Source of the DNA: Eremomyces bilateralis CBS 781.70
Lineage: Eukaryota
Reading direction: 5' to 3' (one strand)
DNA: 64,000 nucleotides
Assembly (NCBI GenBank): GCA_010015585.1
Contig: ML975153.1
Part shown: piece after piece, positions 1 through 14,432 of the stretch
How the letters are laid out: every line of letters starts with the position of its first letter
Numbering within the stretch: position 1 is the stretch's first letter
The notes under the pieces: model-generated
Database searches by the model: none
Told to the model about the DNA's origin: nothing
What the model saw: only the letters and a program-made list of their open reading frames with translations
Position numbers and translations under genes: made by a program

Positions 1-281
1 AGCTCTAGAACTCGCGCGGCCATTTCACGCAGACGTGCGTGGGTAGGGGGGAATCCTTGAGCGTCACTCTCAAGTATCCAGTCGACTAAAAACCTCTCTT
101 GCACCGGTGTAAGGCGTTGGTTCGATTGTTGAGCTGTAGAGCGCGATTGCATGCCCTTGAGGCGGTTTTGAAGCGTAGCTCGATTGACCTTGAATAGGGC
201 CGCAGCTTCATTTTGTGATTTGCATTGACCGGTCTCTACGGCATGGATAGCCTGTAGGAGTATCTCCTCTGAATTTGACAT
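1..281 (-). mobile_element. 5' end of a pogo/Fot1-type (Tc1/mariner superfamily) transposase or CENP-B-like ORF, truncated by the window edge
   Basis: Manual minus-strand translation from ATG 281 is open to base 1: MSNSEEILLQAIHAVETGQCKSQNEAAALFKVNRATLQNRLKGMQSRSTAQQSNQRLTPVQERFLVDWILESDAQGFPPTHARLREMAARVLE. This matches an HTH_psq motif (AA..F.V...TL..RL.G) followed by a CENP-B HTH (LT..QE..LV.WI......G.PP....R.MA..L). It is absent from the ORF track. No TIR was identified. Confidence 0.8.
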
Positions 282-684
282 CGTAATACGATATGGTGGT
301 TGAGATATTACGCGTTTGGTGATGGTGAAGATGGTGATACTGGCCAAGTAGGTGGTTGGCCAACAGGCAGGGGTTCGAACTTAATGGCAGAACGTCACAA
401 GTCAGGAGTCAGGACAAAGCAAGCAGCCGGCGGAGACTGGAGTCGATTCGACCCCTGGGCCTTGGCGTCAAAGGGCCAAATCGTGCTCGATCGGGTTACA
501 TAAGCGGCTCGAGCCATACTGGAGGGCAGCATCACCGCAGTCAGGGCGCGGTGCTTGTTTGAGACTTTGAGTGGTTGAATACCGTTTGTATGCAGTTGCT
601 TGACGCGCCGCCAACACGTTTCCTGTGTCATTCACGTCTTTTATTCATGCTGCACTAAGTATTTCCAAATACACCACCACGGTC

Positions 685-2182
685 ATGGCCTCGAATAGTC
701 CGGAAAAGCTCCTTGAGAAAGCGTTTTCTGAGCGCCCAAACCTTCTCAATTGGCTACAACTTTCCCTCCGTTAGTGACAGGTCGCATGCTGTTGTGGAGT
801 CGAGTGTTTGAATAGGGGTGCTGACCAGATCGCTAGAATCCACTCCCGCTGTACTTCCCTATATCCAGGAACTCACAACGTTCGTTCTCGACCTCAAGAA
901 GAACCAGAGTCAAGCCAATGATGAATCCTCACGAACCTCGAAGAAGCGGAAGCTCGACTTTGATACAACTCATACGAATGGCGCGAGTGGCTCATGGTTA
1001 GACGCGAGCGCCTCGCCGGCAGTTAGCATACAGGATGTTGGGTTCCAAATGCCGCAGCGCAAGAAACTCAAACTCGAGTGGTTAGGCTTCTCGTCCTCGG
1101 CACCTAACACCGGGGGCATACGTGCAGTTGGCAACAGTGGAGATGTTGAATTTGGATTGTCATGGCAGGACGTTGGTATGTATAGGCTTACATTTCATGT
1201 GGCATTCGCATCAGATCAGTCTCAAAAAGAATCGCCAGCTAACTTCCCTCAAGACCAGATGTTCTGTTTACCTGTACCTGAGAAAGCTAAGCCTTCATGG
1301 AATTTCGTCGTCATGCCTGTTTCATCTTCCAACCGCGAACCGATCTTATGGAATACTCCGGAACCTAGCAAGAAGGATATCGAAGCAGGGACCGCGACCA
1401 TTCAACCCCAGACGACGATTGACTCGATAAATCAACAGTTAGCTGGAATGAACCCTCCAAAACGCGTACATTTGCCCGATTACGAAGAGTTTTGTGGTCA
1501 AGATAACAAATCTTACAAGAAGGGAGAAAAGAGAGCATGGGTGAGGGCATGGAGGGGGACAAAAGATGGTGAGTGTCTTCAATAACGGGCGACTTTGTTG
1601 CATATGCTGATCCTCTTCTCAGGTTATCTCTTCTTCCTTCCACAGGGCATTCTATTTGCGTTCAAGAAACCTCTACTTTTCATACCCCTTGAAAACATCG
1701 AGTCGATCTCATATACGTCAGTCGTCCAGATAACGTTTAACCTCGTGGTCTCATTCGTGGTTCTGGGCAACGAAGACCCAGAAGAAGTGGAATTCGGGAT
1801 GATCGATCAGAATGACCATACGCCGATCGATGCCTACGTGCAAAAACACTCGCTTCAAGACACCAGTATGGCAGCCGAGAGACGCGCCAAGAGGTTGAAC
1901 ATCAACCCTCCAGAGGGAAAGGGTACTGAAAATGGAGATTCGACCGAAAATGCCCAAGGTGCTGCTGATGACGGTGCTGATGACGAAACGGAGCTTCAAC
2001 GCGCAGAGCGCCTATTGCAAGACGCAGAAGATGATGAAGAGGAGGATTACGATCCTGACGCTGAAGGGGACAGCGATGATAGTGAGGGAAGCGAGGGAAG
2101 CGAGGGCGAAGATGCTCACGGCGGAGGAAGCGACATCGAGGAAGTCGATTCGGAAGACGCTGAAGACGACGACGAAGATTAA
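685..2182 (+). CDS. RTT106: Histone chaperone Rtt106-like (PH-like domains plus acidic tail)
   Basis: ATG 685; introns about 770-836, 1176-1253 and 1569-1622. Motifs FQMPQRKKLKLE, CLPVPEKAK, RGTKDGYLFFLPQGILFAFKKP, ISYTSVVQITFNL and EFGMIDQ, with a D/E-rich C-terminus. Confidence 0.88.
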
Positions 2183-2941
2183 TATTACCAGTAAGACGAC
2201 CCAATTTCGAAGATCTACGGAAATTTCGCGAATCTCATGCTCGAAAAGGACAATATAGGGGGGCGTGAACATCACTGCAATCCTGAATTCCTCCCCTGGG
2301 GCCCGCAGGTTCATCCCAGGAGACCTTTAGGCTGCGTTCAGTTGTACAATATCTCCTGATGAGAATGAAAGATGCCCGAGTGCCTGTTGATACTCCACGT
2401 CTCTATTTATACCGGAAAATGCACATCTCGCAAGTTGCAGCGATTGGCTGCAGCAGCCTAGGAATTTCATGAGGAGAAATGGCTCTTTGAATTTGTAACC
2501 TGCATCAGAGCGGAAGGAGTCTTTTAAAGGTTAGCGCCACCATCATTGTATTCTATTATACCATGTCCTTTCTTCATCGTTCCCGGGCGACCGCGTGTGC
2601 GAACTCCCCGTCTCTGGTTACGCCAAGCGAAATAGATTGCACCCAAGTTGGTGTAATTCTATCAGGAATATCCTTCCCAAATGTAGATGAGCCCTTCACC
2701 AAACATTTGACAACTCTAAACAACGTTGTTTACGGGATCGCATAATTAGAGCAATATGTAATTTTGCCGTTTTGAGCTCGCGTTCGGATTCCAATTACGG
2801 ATCTGGTCTCGACGCTCTGCCAAGTTCGCTGATTGAGCGTTGCAATATGATATAAAATGATCCATTGTCCAGGCACAGGTGGAGCTGGCGAACTCCATCG
2901 TCTGCTCAGCCTATCGTTTTAGCCATTGAGTCTATTCCAAA

Positions 2942-4724
<1,783 letters not shown>

Positions 4725-5369
4725 TATTCGTCATATCGGGCCGGAGGGCGTCAGTGTCAATGTCTGTACTCCGTACAGCTCCTTGGATTTCCGCGAAAGG
4801 GCAATCCTGCGTATTCAAGCCATTGTTGCGAATGGCCATTTTGTAGTAAATACTGATGTTATCAATTCGATACGATATGTCGTTTTCGAATAAGTAGGCC
4901 GGGTTTGTGTGTCTTGAAAAGTCCTATTCTGGGCCTACGAGTATGGATGAATATGGATCAAGGAGAACTGAGTTGATATTTGCGCATTGTCGCCTGTAGG
5001 CTTGGTAAGTCCCTTAATTCCCCCCGGATGGAACACCTTGCTTAGTACCTAAGGGGCCTACTTGATATCTCTCGCTTTTCGAGATGCTGATTCCCGGGCT
5101 CTAACTCCGTGCTGTTCCTGGTGTTCTCATCAGTCCTCGTTGCGGCCTAGTACCATATTGTAACACTTGTCGGTACGGAGCACATGTATTTCTCTTCCTC
5201 CCTGGACTCCGCTACGGTTATTTCGGCGGATCCGGGTAGGCTACCAGAATCACAAGCGTGGGGTTGCTCCTTGAGCTTGGACATCCCCCCTCCGGATTCC
5301 GGGTTCCGGAACCACACAACAGCGACCCGACCGAGCGTGATCCTCTCCACTTGAGCAGCTCCGTTCTAG

Positions 5370-5375
5370 CCTCGG
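5370..5375 (+). promoter_or_regulatory. Possible FarA/FarB-type CCTCGG element upstream of the PTS1-bearing NMO gene
   Basis: CCTCGG about 146 nt upstream of ATG 5521; a single hexamer, so it could be chance. Confidence 0.25.
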
Positions 5376-5520
5376 GACGATCTCAGGGACCTCAAGCTTA
5401 TGAGATATTTACCAACCTCTCGAGACCCTCGTCATGGCTCCTTTATAACTTATTCACTATATTCAAACGTCCTTAGGAAGTCAAAAATTTGAAAAGATAC
5501 TCCTCGTGGTATATTAAATC

Positions 5521-6641
5521 ATGGTCCTCAAAACTTGGTTAACCGAAACGATCGGGGTGAAGGTCCCCATCGTGCAAGGGGGTGAGTTCCCATTCTAGTA
5601 ACCCCATCCTGCTGGTTAGACCGAGATAGGATCTAACACCCGTTCTCTTCAGGTATGCAATGGGTTGGAAGAGCGGAATTAATCAGCGCCGTCGCGAACT
5701 CCGGGGCACTGGGCTTTATCACCGCTCTTACTCAGCCTTCGCCTGAGGACCTCCGAAACGAAATCCGAAAATGCCGGACGCTGCTCAAAGATCCCAGCAC
5801 GCCTTTCGGGGTGAACATCACCATGCTCCCGGCCATGAACAAGCCCGACTATCTGGGATACGCTAAGGCTGCGGTTGAAGAAGGAGTCAAAGTGATCGAG
5901 ACCGCTGGAGATCCGAGTGCAGTCCTGCCATACCTGAAGGCGAACGGCGTGGTGATCATCCACAAGTGTGTGAATCTCAAGCATGCACTCAGGGCCGAGC
6001 GATTGGGAGTCTCGGCGATCTCAATCGACGGTATCGAGTGCGCCGGCCATGGAGGAGAAGACAACATTACGAGTCTCATGCTCCTCAGCCTATGCGCACA
6101 GCAACTGAAGATTCCTTATATCGGATCCGGCGGTTTCGCCGATGGGCGCGGTCTCGCGGCGGCACTGTCCCTCGGTGCTGCAGGGTAAGTCTTGGTCAAC
6201 TCAACCGCATTCTGGTCACTAATATTAGTTTGCAGAATCAACATGGGCACTCGATGGATGTGCACCGTCGAATCACCAATCCACCAAAACGTCAAGCAAG
6301 CGATTGTCGATGCTGATGAAAACTCGACTGTACTCGTGCTTCGAAAGTTCCGTAACACCACCCGCCTTCATAAGAACAAGGTCAGCCAGGAGGTTTTCGA
6401 GATTGAGAACACCAAGCTAGACGTCGAGTTCAAGGACGTCGCACACCTGATGGCGGGCTCAAGGGGGAAGAACGTGTATTCCACGGGAGACGTCGATGCC
6501 GGAGTGTGGTCTCTAGGTCTTTGCGCCGGTCTCATTAAGGATATTCCAACTTGCGCCGAGCTGACCGCGCGGTTCGAGAGGGAGGCAGAGCAGATCATTA
6601 CTTCTACCCGCGATTTGATTAAGCCCAGCGCGCGTTTGTAA
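5521..6641 (+). CDS. Nitronate monooxygenase / 2-nitropropane dioxygenase-family FMN enzyme with PTS1 (-ARL)
   Basis: PIVQGGMQWVG, FGVNITMLP, IDGIECAGHGG, SGGFADGRGLAAALSLGA and NMGTRW; two introns (about 5582-5652 and 6185-6235). Confidence 0.92.
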
Positions 6642-7160
6642 TTGAGTCCTGATCGGTTGTGTTGGCGTCTAGATCACTAGATGCTTAGAACGCGAAGGAT
6701 TGCTTGATCCTCTAACATTCTTGTATAGTCTGGCATTGTATGCAGATAGCAACCCGGCCACATACTCATCCATGGCTTGATATAAATGGATAACAATACA
6801 GCATTCATGGTCCGTGCGTTCAAAGTCTTCGGCGAAACGGAGCGAATGTAGGGTGTCAAGCTGATTGGACATTGAAACACAAATTTTGACGGATTTGGCG
6901 CCCCTAGGGGCTAGGGCGTAATGTTTCTGCACAGGGATGCCGATACGAACAAAAGAAAAACAAGTTGACTCATAAAGGGCGCAACAGATCCAGCCATGGA
7001 GGGGTAGGGATTGATTTTTCTACAGTATATACTGCGACCTCGCGTAAGACGCGTAGCCCTGACCCCTGTCTTACCTCATCTAGCACAAGTATTTATATTC
7101 ATCAGTGAATCCAAGCACTTCTGATTTCCTTCTCTTCCACTTCATGTCCATGTTTTCAAA

Positions 7161-7790
7161 ATGACACCTGCTGGAGAGAACCCGAATTATCCATTGCTTG
7201 GCGGCTGTGGTTGTGGTCGCATCCGCTATGCAATCGAGGTGGAGCCCCTGACCGTACATTGTTGCCACTGTACTTTCTGCATGCGGGAAACCGGCTCAAG
7301 CTATGCGGTCAATATCCTCGTCGATTCTTCGAAACTGAAACTGCTTCCATCGAACCCCCCTCCGCCCGCGGAAACGGCACCCGCTTCGAGCTCAGAGAGC
7401 AGATCCACGGACGAGAAAGCACCCGCCGCATTGGCGACAGCAACGACTTCGGAAACCATCGAACCGATTCCCATGCTCATCCCGTCGTTCAGCGGACTGG
7501 GCCAAACGATCTTCCGCTGTCCCAACTGCTACGTTGCGGTTTGGAGCCATTATGCAGGAGCCGATTCTCTGGTTAGCTTCATTCGGGCCGGCACTTTGGA
7601 CCGAAAGGATGTGATTGTACCCGAGCTGCACATTTACACAAGCACGAAGCAGCCGTGGGTTATCCTGCCAGATGGGGCGCAAGCTTTTGAAGAGTTCTAT
7701 GACTGGAGGAAAGTGTGGAAAGCGGAGAGCAGAGAATGGTTCGAAGCTGTTTTGAAAAGTAGGGCCAGCGAAATGCAGATGAAGCAGTGA
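7161..7790 (+). CDS. GFA / CENP-V (Mss4-like) zinc-binding protein
   Basis: GGCGCGRIRY, CCHCTFC, RCPNC and HIYTSTKQPW; intronless, 209 aa. Confidence 0.9.
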   Translation: MTPAGENPNYPLLGGCGCGRIRYAIEVEPLTVHCCHCTFCMRETGSSYAVNILVDSSKLKLLPSNPPPPAETAPASSSESRSTDEKAPAALATATTSETIEPIPMLIPSFSGLGQTIFRCPNCYVAVWSHYAGADSLVSFIRAGTLDRKDVIVPELHIYTSTKQPWVILPDGAQAFEEFYDWRKVWKAESREWFEAVLKSRASEMQMKQ

Positions 7791-9963
7791 AGAAATGCAA
7801 AGGTTATACTAAAGGAGAGGTACTCGTGGCTTCAGCTGGTATTAGTTAGAACTCGACTTGGTCGTCAATGATCAGCATTCATACTTTCAATTTCTTTCAT
7901 GTCGTCGGGACTCAAGTCAGGAGACAAAGTCAATTGCCGTCATCCAGTTCGCCCACTGTAGTGTGTTTGTCGTCTCCTTGGAATTAATTAATACCTTGTT
8001 GAAATTATATGCTGTTCGTTAATACCCTCGGTCGAAATAAATGGCACAACAAAGTACAGCGCACATATTACCCGAATATAACTCTCGACAGTAGGATGCC
8101 TGCTCGGCACCATACAAATGTCCACCGTATGCCAACGAAGCCTTCTTCTCGCCTTGAAACTGCTCATCAACACTTATGTGAAAGCGAACTAAGACTCTGA
8201 AATGCAACACGATGGATACCCAGGAAGGCAGGAACTTCGTAGAGAAAGCAACCGGATTCGCACTAGCACTGATGACTGAAGACTTGAAGTATTAGTAACG
8301 GAATGATGTCAACTCTTGGAATCCTAAGAATGAGAAGAGGAGATGTCTAATTTCTGGGCTGTGCGAGGAGTGTACCTATCTCCAGAAGTTCAGATGAGAC
8401 CCTCCATATTGTCGACTTGAAGCAAAAGTCCAAAGCAACAGATTTGATCCCGTCCAGTTTGGCAATTTCAGCTTTCAGTACTCCGCAGCCATCATGCCTT
8501 ATCTCGGGGCTCGGAGGATTAATGAAATGCGGATTAGCAGCGTCTCATGGTGGAACAATGGACCAATCAGGTAATTTCGATTGAACACTGCTTACATCAG
8601 CCGTCCGTCGCGTTTAACTTTCGATGGACACCTGCATAACTAGGTCAAGGCGATAATCGATAGATCCATCGAGATTCGAGTCGATCCTGTCGGTGCCTCA
8701 CTTTAGAAGGACCGAGAGCAGATAGACGATCGGTTGATTAACGATCCGCACCCTACCGAAGCTGAAGTGCTGAACGGAATCGGCAGCTTCTGCCGATGAT
8801 GTCATATCTACTCCATGCAATTCGCTTTGGCTTCAAGTTTCCTGCAGCTCCGGAGGCTTTGGATTAAGGAACTAGCATACGGAATACCTCGATCCTGAAA
8901 TCTTTGAATCTCTCAGCCTCGTTGGAGCCGGAACCAAGAGAGCTGATAGGCGCTAAGAAGGCGCGGCAGGAAAGGCTTTATTCCCCCCAAGGAAGATGAG
9001 AAATGACGGCGTGCACTCCACATCATCCGAAGCTTGGAACCTGGACCTTGGATGGTGTGCTGTTCAACATTCAAGGGATTCCTAGCAGTCCAAATACTGT
9101 ACGGAGTACGAACATGGAGTGGAGTATTACCGCAGAGCGATGGTCACTAGCAGAATCGGGCAGAACCAATTGGCTGCGGGAGAGTTCCAGAATTGAGGTG
9201 CGGGATCGCCAGGCTTTAAATCGTTCACTTAACATGGTCCCCCGGCCGTTTACATTCTTCCTCTGGTAATCCATTCATAATTGGTACGCAATACGGGTAT
9301 TATGCTCCTCATGCTACTGGTCAACCGCCCCCCCACACTACCAGACCCCATGATCCCATCAAATCGTGAACGATTGAACGGGTCAACGACTCAACGGGCA
9401 ACAAAGACGACGTAGCCGATAAATCGAACCAGTGGACCAATAACATCGGTACATCGGTAGGCACCTGTGCAGCCCTCCGAGGCTCCGACCATCCTGGAGC
9501 CCCACAAAGATGGCACTACTGCACGTTAGATGCTTCGCCCAGCCTTCTGACAACCACTTGCGTAGTACGCTGACCAGACTTTAGCTCCAATGATTCGGTC
9601 AGAGAACCGGGATCCCGACGGCATGGCCAACATGATCAATAAGAGCACCCGACTACCCTGGCCCTGAAGGGTAAGCGTGTGGATCTTGAAGATTCATACC
9701 TCGACTTTTTGTTCTTCTTTGAGGAATTCCGAGTTATTACTTGCTCGGAGCTAAAGCAGAGCCGCGTCCCTCGAACTTTCTTGAAGAAGCACCTGGACCA
9801 TTTTCTCAAATACCTTGCAAGGAAGGTACAGCCGGTGCTGTAGCTGGTACTTTGAAGTTTGACTGAGTCAAGCATCTCGGGAATCCTAACACTTTGCGCC
9901 GCATTCCTGGATTACATTCGAAGGGCTTCTCCAACAGAACATACGCAACATACCATAATCGCC

Positions 9964-12496
9964 ATGGATACCAAGGAAGAAGAAAAGGCGGTGGCCGGCA
10001 CCATCGCCGACCCTGAATTGACTTCGCTGGACTCGGCAAGCTTGATAAAGGGCGATATCCTGGGCCAAGAGTCCACAGATCCTGTGCTGAATGCGAAAAT
10101 GAAGCTTGTCAACGACGTGAGCATACTTCCACGCTCTTCGCGCCTCTCGCGGGAACAAACCCGACTGACAGATATCCGCAGACCATTGAGGAAATCGGAT
10201 GGACTGGCTATCAAACGAAGCTCTTTTTCTTGAACGGTTTCGGATACGCGGTCGACTCGTTGATTCTCCTGATCCAGTCCATCACAGCTAGTCAAGCGGC
10301 TCTGGAGTTCCGAGCGACTTTCGCCGAAGGCCAAACGATAGCCGTGTATGTCGGTATGCTTGTTGGCGCACTATTCTGGGGTCTCAGTGCGGATGTGATC
10401 GGACGAAAGTTCGCATTCAATTGCTCTTTGATGATTTCCTCCGTATTCGCTATCGCCGCAGGCGCCAGTCCAAATTGGGAGGTGTTGGGTCTCTTCAACT
10501 GTCTCTCGGCTTTCGGATCTGGTATGTCGATACCCGATTGAATCCGGTAACGTTTTCTGACTGACTCCAGGCGGAAATCTTGTCTTGGACACGGCGGTCT
10601 TCTTGGAATACCTTCCTGGGCAATATCAATATCTTTTAACGCTTCTTGCGGCATGGTGGGGTAAGTCGCATTTCGTTTACAACTCGAAGTCTGAATTGAG
10701 AGGAAAGCGTTGTCAACAATCTCTGGATGGATCATTTTGATTGACACGATGCTGGACTGCGGTTGCTGTGGTTGCAGTCCGCCGAATTATGGTGGCGTTC
10801 AATTTCATGTCACATGATCTAGATACCCGCTTGGCCACCCCCGACTTCTCTCCTGACTTCTGTCGACCAAAAGATACGAGCAGCAGAAACTGAGTACTGA
10901 CAATTCTTAGGCGTCGGACAATTGACTGTTGGTTTATTGGCATGGGCTTTCATGCCTAAATGGTCTTGTCTCGATTCCGACAGCTGCACTTGGCAGAACA
11001 ACAAGGGATGGCGTCTTGTCTGGTTTGTATCTGGAGCCCTTGTACTGGTCATGTACGCTGCAACCCTGATTTCTGCCTATATTGAGTGTTCCCTAACCGG
11101 TTCCACAGGTCGGTACTACGCGTCACCGTTATTCGCTTGAAGGAAACCCCGAAGTTCCTGTTAGGAGAGGGCAAAGACGATGAGGTCGTCGAAGTCTTGA
11201 GCTCGATTGCGGTTAAGTACAACCGCCCTTGCAGCCTTACCGTTGAAAGGCTGCAAGCGTGCGGTGTCACAGGGCAGCCCGATGGACGTCGTGCTTCGCT
11301 CTCCCACGCCAGGAACAAATGGTCCATCGGCGAGATCACTGTGCATTTCCGGGGCCTCTATGCCACCAAGCGGATCGGTATATCCACATCCCTCATCTGG
11401 TTCTCATGGTTATTGATTGGACTTGCTTATCCGTTGTATAACGTCTTCCTACCAATATACCTCAAGACCCGTGGCGCTCAGTTCGGCGAGACTAGCGAGT
11501 ACATCCGCTGGCGGTGAGTCAGTCCGGATTCCTTTCGGCGCTTTGTACTAACTGGTTGGCAGCAACTATGCCCTGGTAAATATGGCCGGAATTTTTGGGC
11601 CGATTCCCGCGGCCTATATGGCGAAGTCTCGGTACTTTTGGGGAAGGAAAGGCACCATGATAATCGGTGATAACTGCGCTTCGTACCAAGGCTGGTGACA
11701 GAAGATGCTAACACATCTTAAGGGGCCATCTTGACTTCGATATTCTTCTTCGCATACACCCAAGTCCGGAGTGCTGATCAGAATGTGTACGTGGATCCTT
11801 TACCCGCGTCTTTCGGCTGTCATGATAATCTGCGAGGATTAAACACGCGAGTCATGAGAATTACTGTTACTAACGTCTAATTCTAGGGCATTTACCGTCG
11901 TGGTCAATTTCTTGCTGGTAAGCTCATTCCTCTTCTTTTATTTGATATTGGTGGCTCAAATGGGACTCGCTGTGTTGCCTAGCCCTTTACGGGCCCATCA
12001 ATTGACTCAGTGGAAATATCTTCGTGTTTGTTGATCACAGGCTAACGAAAATTATAGAATATTTATTACGGTTAGTCGCCATTATATTGAAATGCTTCTC
12101 GTGATGATGTCCCTTCAAGGACCTCGTTCGTGGGCTGGCGGGTGGTGTCTTGCATAGGCACACCTGAGTGTGACGAGTTTGCGGCTCAGTCGCTAACCGA
12201 GCTATGCAGGCACACTCTATGCATTCACTCCTGAAGTGCTACCAAGCGCACATCGTGGGACTGGCAATGGAATTGCAATCGCGTTGAACAGATTCATGGT
12301 GGGCCAAGATCCGCCCCGAAAAGCCTAGGCGTCCAACGCTAATGAATAACCCTAGGGTATAATGTCAGCGGTCATTGCGCACTTCGCTGACACAGCCACG
12401 TCCGTTCCAATCTATATCTGCGCAGCTCTTTACATTGTAATGGCCATTGTGGCCGCCTGCTTCCCCTTCGAACCGCACGGCCGACGAAGCTCTTGA
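9964..12496 (+). CDS. MFS transporter (SV2/sugar-porter-like)
   Basis: NGFGYAVDS, WGLSADVIGRK, GGNLVLD..VFLEYLP, GWR, ETPKFL and YAFTPEVLPSAHRGTGNG. Ten GT-AG introns give a continuous frame to TGA 12494-12496. Confidence 0.9.
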
Positions 12497-12972
12497 TTCC
12501 ATAGCGACTACAGGATAGAACAGCAAGTGGACTCCAGATGGGGGAATTGGCAGTAGGTACGGCCAATTCAGGGTATTATTTGGTTGCGATTATTTCTGGG
12601 AAGGGTGGCTTTGTGATGCCGAGCCCTACGGCCTTCGTTGATAGTTAGTATGATACCCAATACAAGTATACAACCAAGACTCTAACTTTTCATCATGCTC
12701 TTATGGTTATATCTTTCAAGTATCATGTTCATTGGCATTTTGGTATAGATATGAAAAATTCGACTTCTGATAATATAGGAGAATTTTCGAAACCCTGGCA
12801 GGTATTCCGCTGGTCCACCTATGTTGACCATATAGAGGCGCTCGTAGCGGTTGGGATTCAGGGAATCTCAGGGTCATCAATCACCATTTCCAACGATAGT
12901 GTTTCCAACTTTGGCCCAGTAATGAGTACAATAGATCGCCAGCTCATATGATACATAAGTTAATCGACCCCT

Positions 12973-14432
12973 TTATAACTTGCCCTCTTGCTTCCGCCCA
13001 CCGAATCCGAAGAGATAAGCTGACAAGATTATTAGCGACAGGCGGGCCGAAATGGACTGTGCAACACTTACCGGCAACTTTTCGCATCTGGATCTGCTCA
13101 CTACCTTCCGTGATCCTGTACCTCCGGTGATGTCTCCAGATATGCTCAAATGGCCTATGGCGACTGTACCCATTCCCACCATGGGTTTGGATCGCGAGGT
13201 CTGCGGCCTCGCAGCACAGCCGGTTGCCCCAGTAGTTGCACATGGACACTTTGTCGCTGATGCGCTTCTCGACCTCCGTATGGTGCATCCCGTCCATCTC
13301 CGTGGCCGTCTTCCGGATCAGCTGGCGCAACGCCTCCGCCTGCGTGGCCAGCTCGACCAGCGGGAATTGAATGCCCTGGTTGTGGGAGAGCGGGGTGCCG
13401 AACGGCTGGCGGGCGTTGGCGTAGGCGACGGACTCGCGGATGCAGAAGAGGGCAGCACCGAGAGAGGAGGCGGCTTGACGGATCCGGTTCTCGTGGACGA
13501 ATGCCTGGGCTACGGCAAGACCGTTTGTCGGGTCGCCGAGGATGGTGCTCTCCGGTACCCAGACATTATTGATGGAGACGGTAGCGTGGTCTGTGGGCAT
13601 GTTGAGAGTCCTGTGCGGTCGCATTAGTCCACTCTGCCCGTCGATGCGTTGGAGCAATGATACTTGAGATAAAAAGGGGGGCTTACCATTCATAGCTGAC
13701 GACGTCGAGACCCGGGGTGTGCCTCGGGACGATGAAGGCAGTGATGCCTCGCGCACTTCCATCCTTTCCACTCGTCCTCGCAAAGAGGATGCAATGCGTG
13801 CAGTGATGCATGCCCGTCTGCCACTTCTTCGCACCATCGATCCTCCAACCCTTGACACCGTTCCTCGTCTCCGGTACCGCCTTGGTTTCCATATGCGTGG
13901 CATCGCTGCCATGGTTCGGTTCGGTCAGGCCAAAGGTGGTCCTGAACTTCCCTTCCAGCCTGAGCTTGATGAATTCTTCCTTCTGCTGTGGCGATCCAAA
14001 GTCACGGAGCATGACGATGTCCGGGAAGTTGCCAACAACGCTGTGCTCGTTCTGGAGGTCGTTGAAGAGACCCAGACCCTTGGATGCCAGATACTCGCGG
14101 ATGACGCTCATCCACAGATTGCCGCCGCGTCCGCTGCCGTCGTTCTGGCCGCCATATTCGACGGGAAGATTTAGGCGGAAGAATCCCGCTTTGTCGGCAC
14201 GGTTCTTGGCCTCAACCAGCAGATCCTCCCACTCTTGGCGAGGAAGACCGCCGTTGTCCCAGTCGGTCCGGGCGTGCTCGCGGCGGTGGTCGAAGAAGCG
14301 CTCATTGTCGTCCTGAGCTTGGAGGGGCTTAATCTCGCGGTCGATGAACTCGTCGAGTTCGTCAATGAATTGGAGAAGCGGAGCCGGAAGGGAGAAGTTC
14401 ATGGTATTCTCGGGCTTGACCTTGGACGCCAT
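12973..14432 (-). CDS. Acyl-CoA dehydrogenase family protein (ends -GKL)
   Basis: NDLQNEHSVVGN, FGLTEPNHGSDA, IDGAKKW, RQPFG..L..NQGIQF, QTHGGNGYS and YRITEGSEQIQ; two introns. Confidence 0.92.

Noticed and set aside
9671..9937. Possible 5'-UTR intron or TPP riboswitch upstream of the MFS gene
   Set aside because: A GTAAGC donor and CTAAC are present, but acceptor spacing is poor and no TPP aptamer core is visible.
13052..14316. Long + strand ORFs antisense to the acyl-CoA dehydrogenase (similar cases at CE4, EDE1 and CRM1)
   Set aside because: Shadow ORFs caused by GC-rich codon bias; no recognisable domains.
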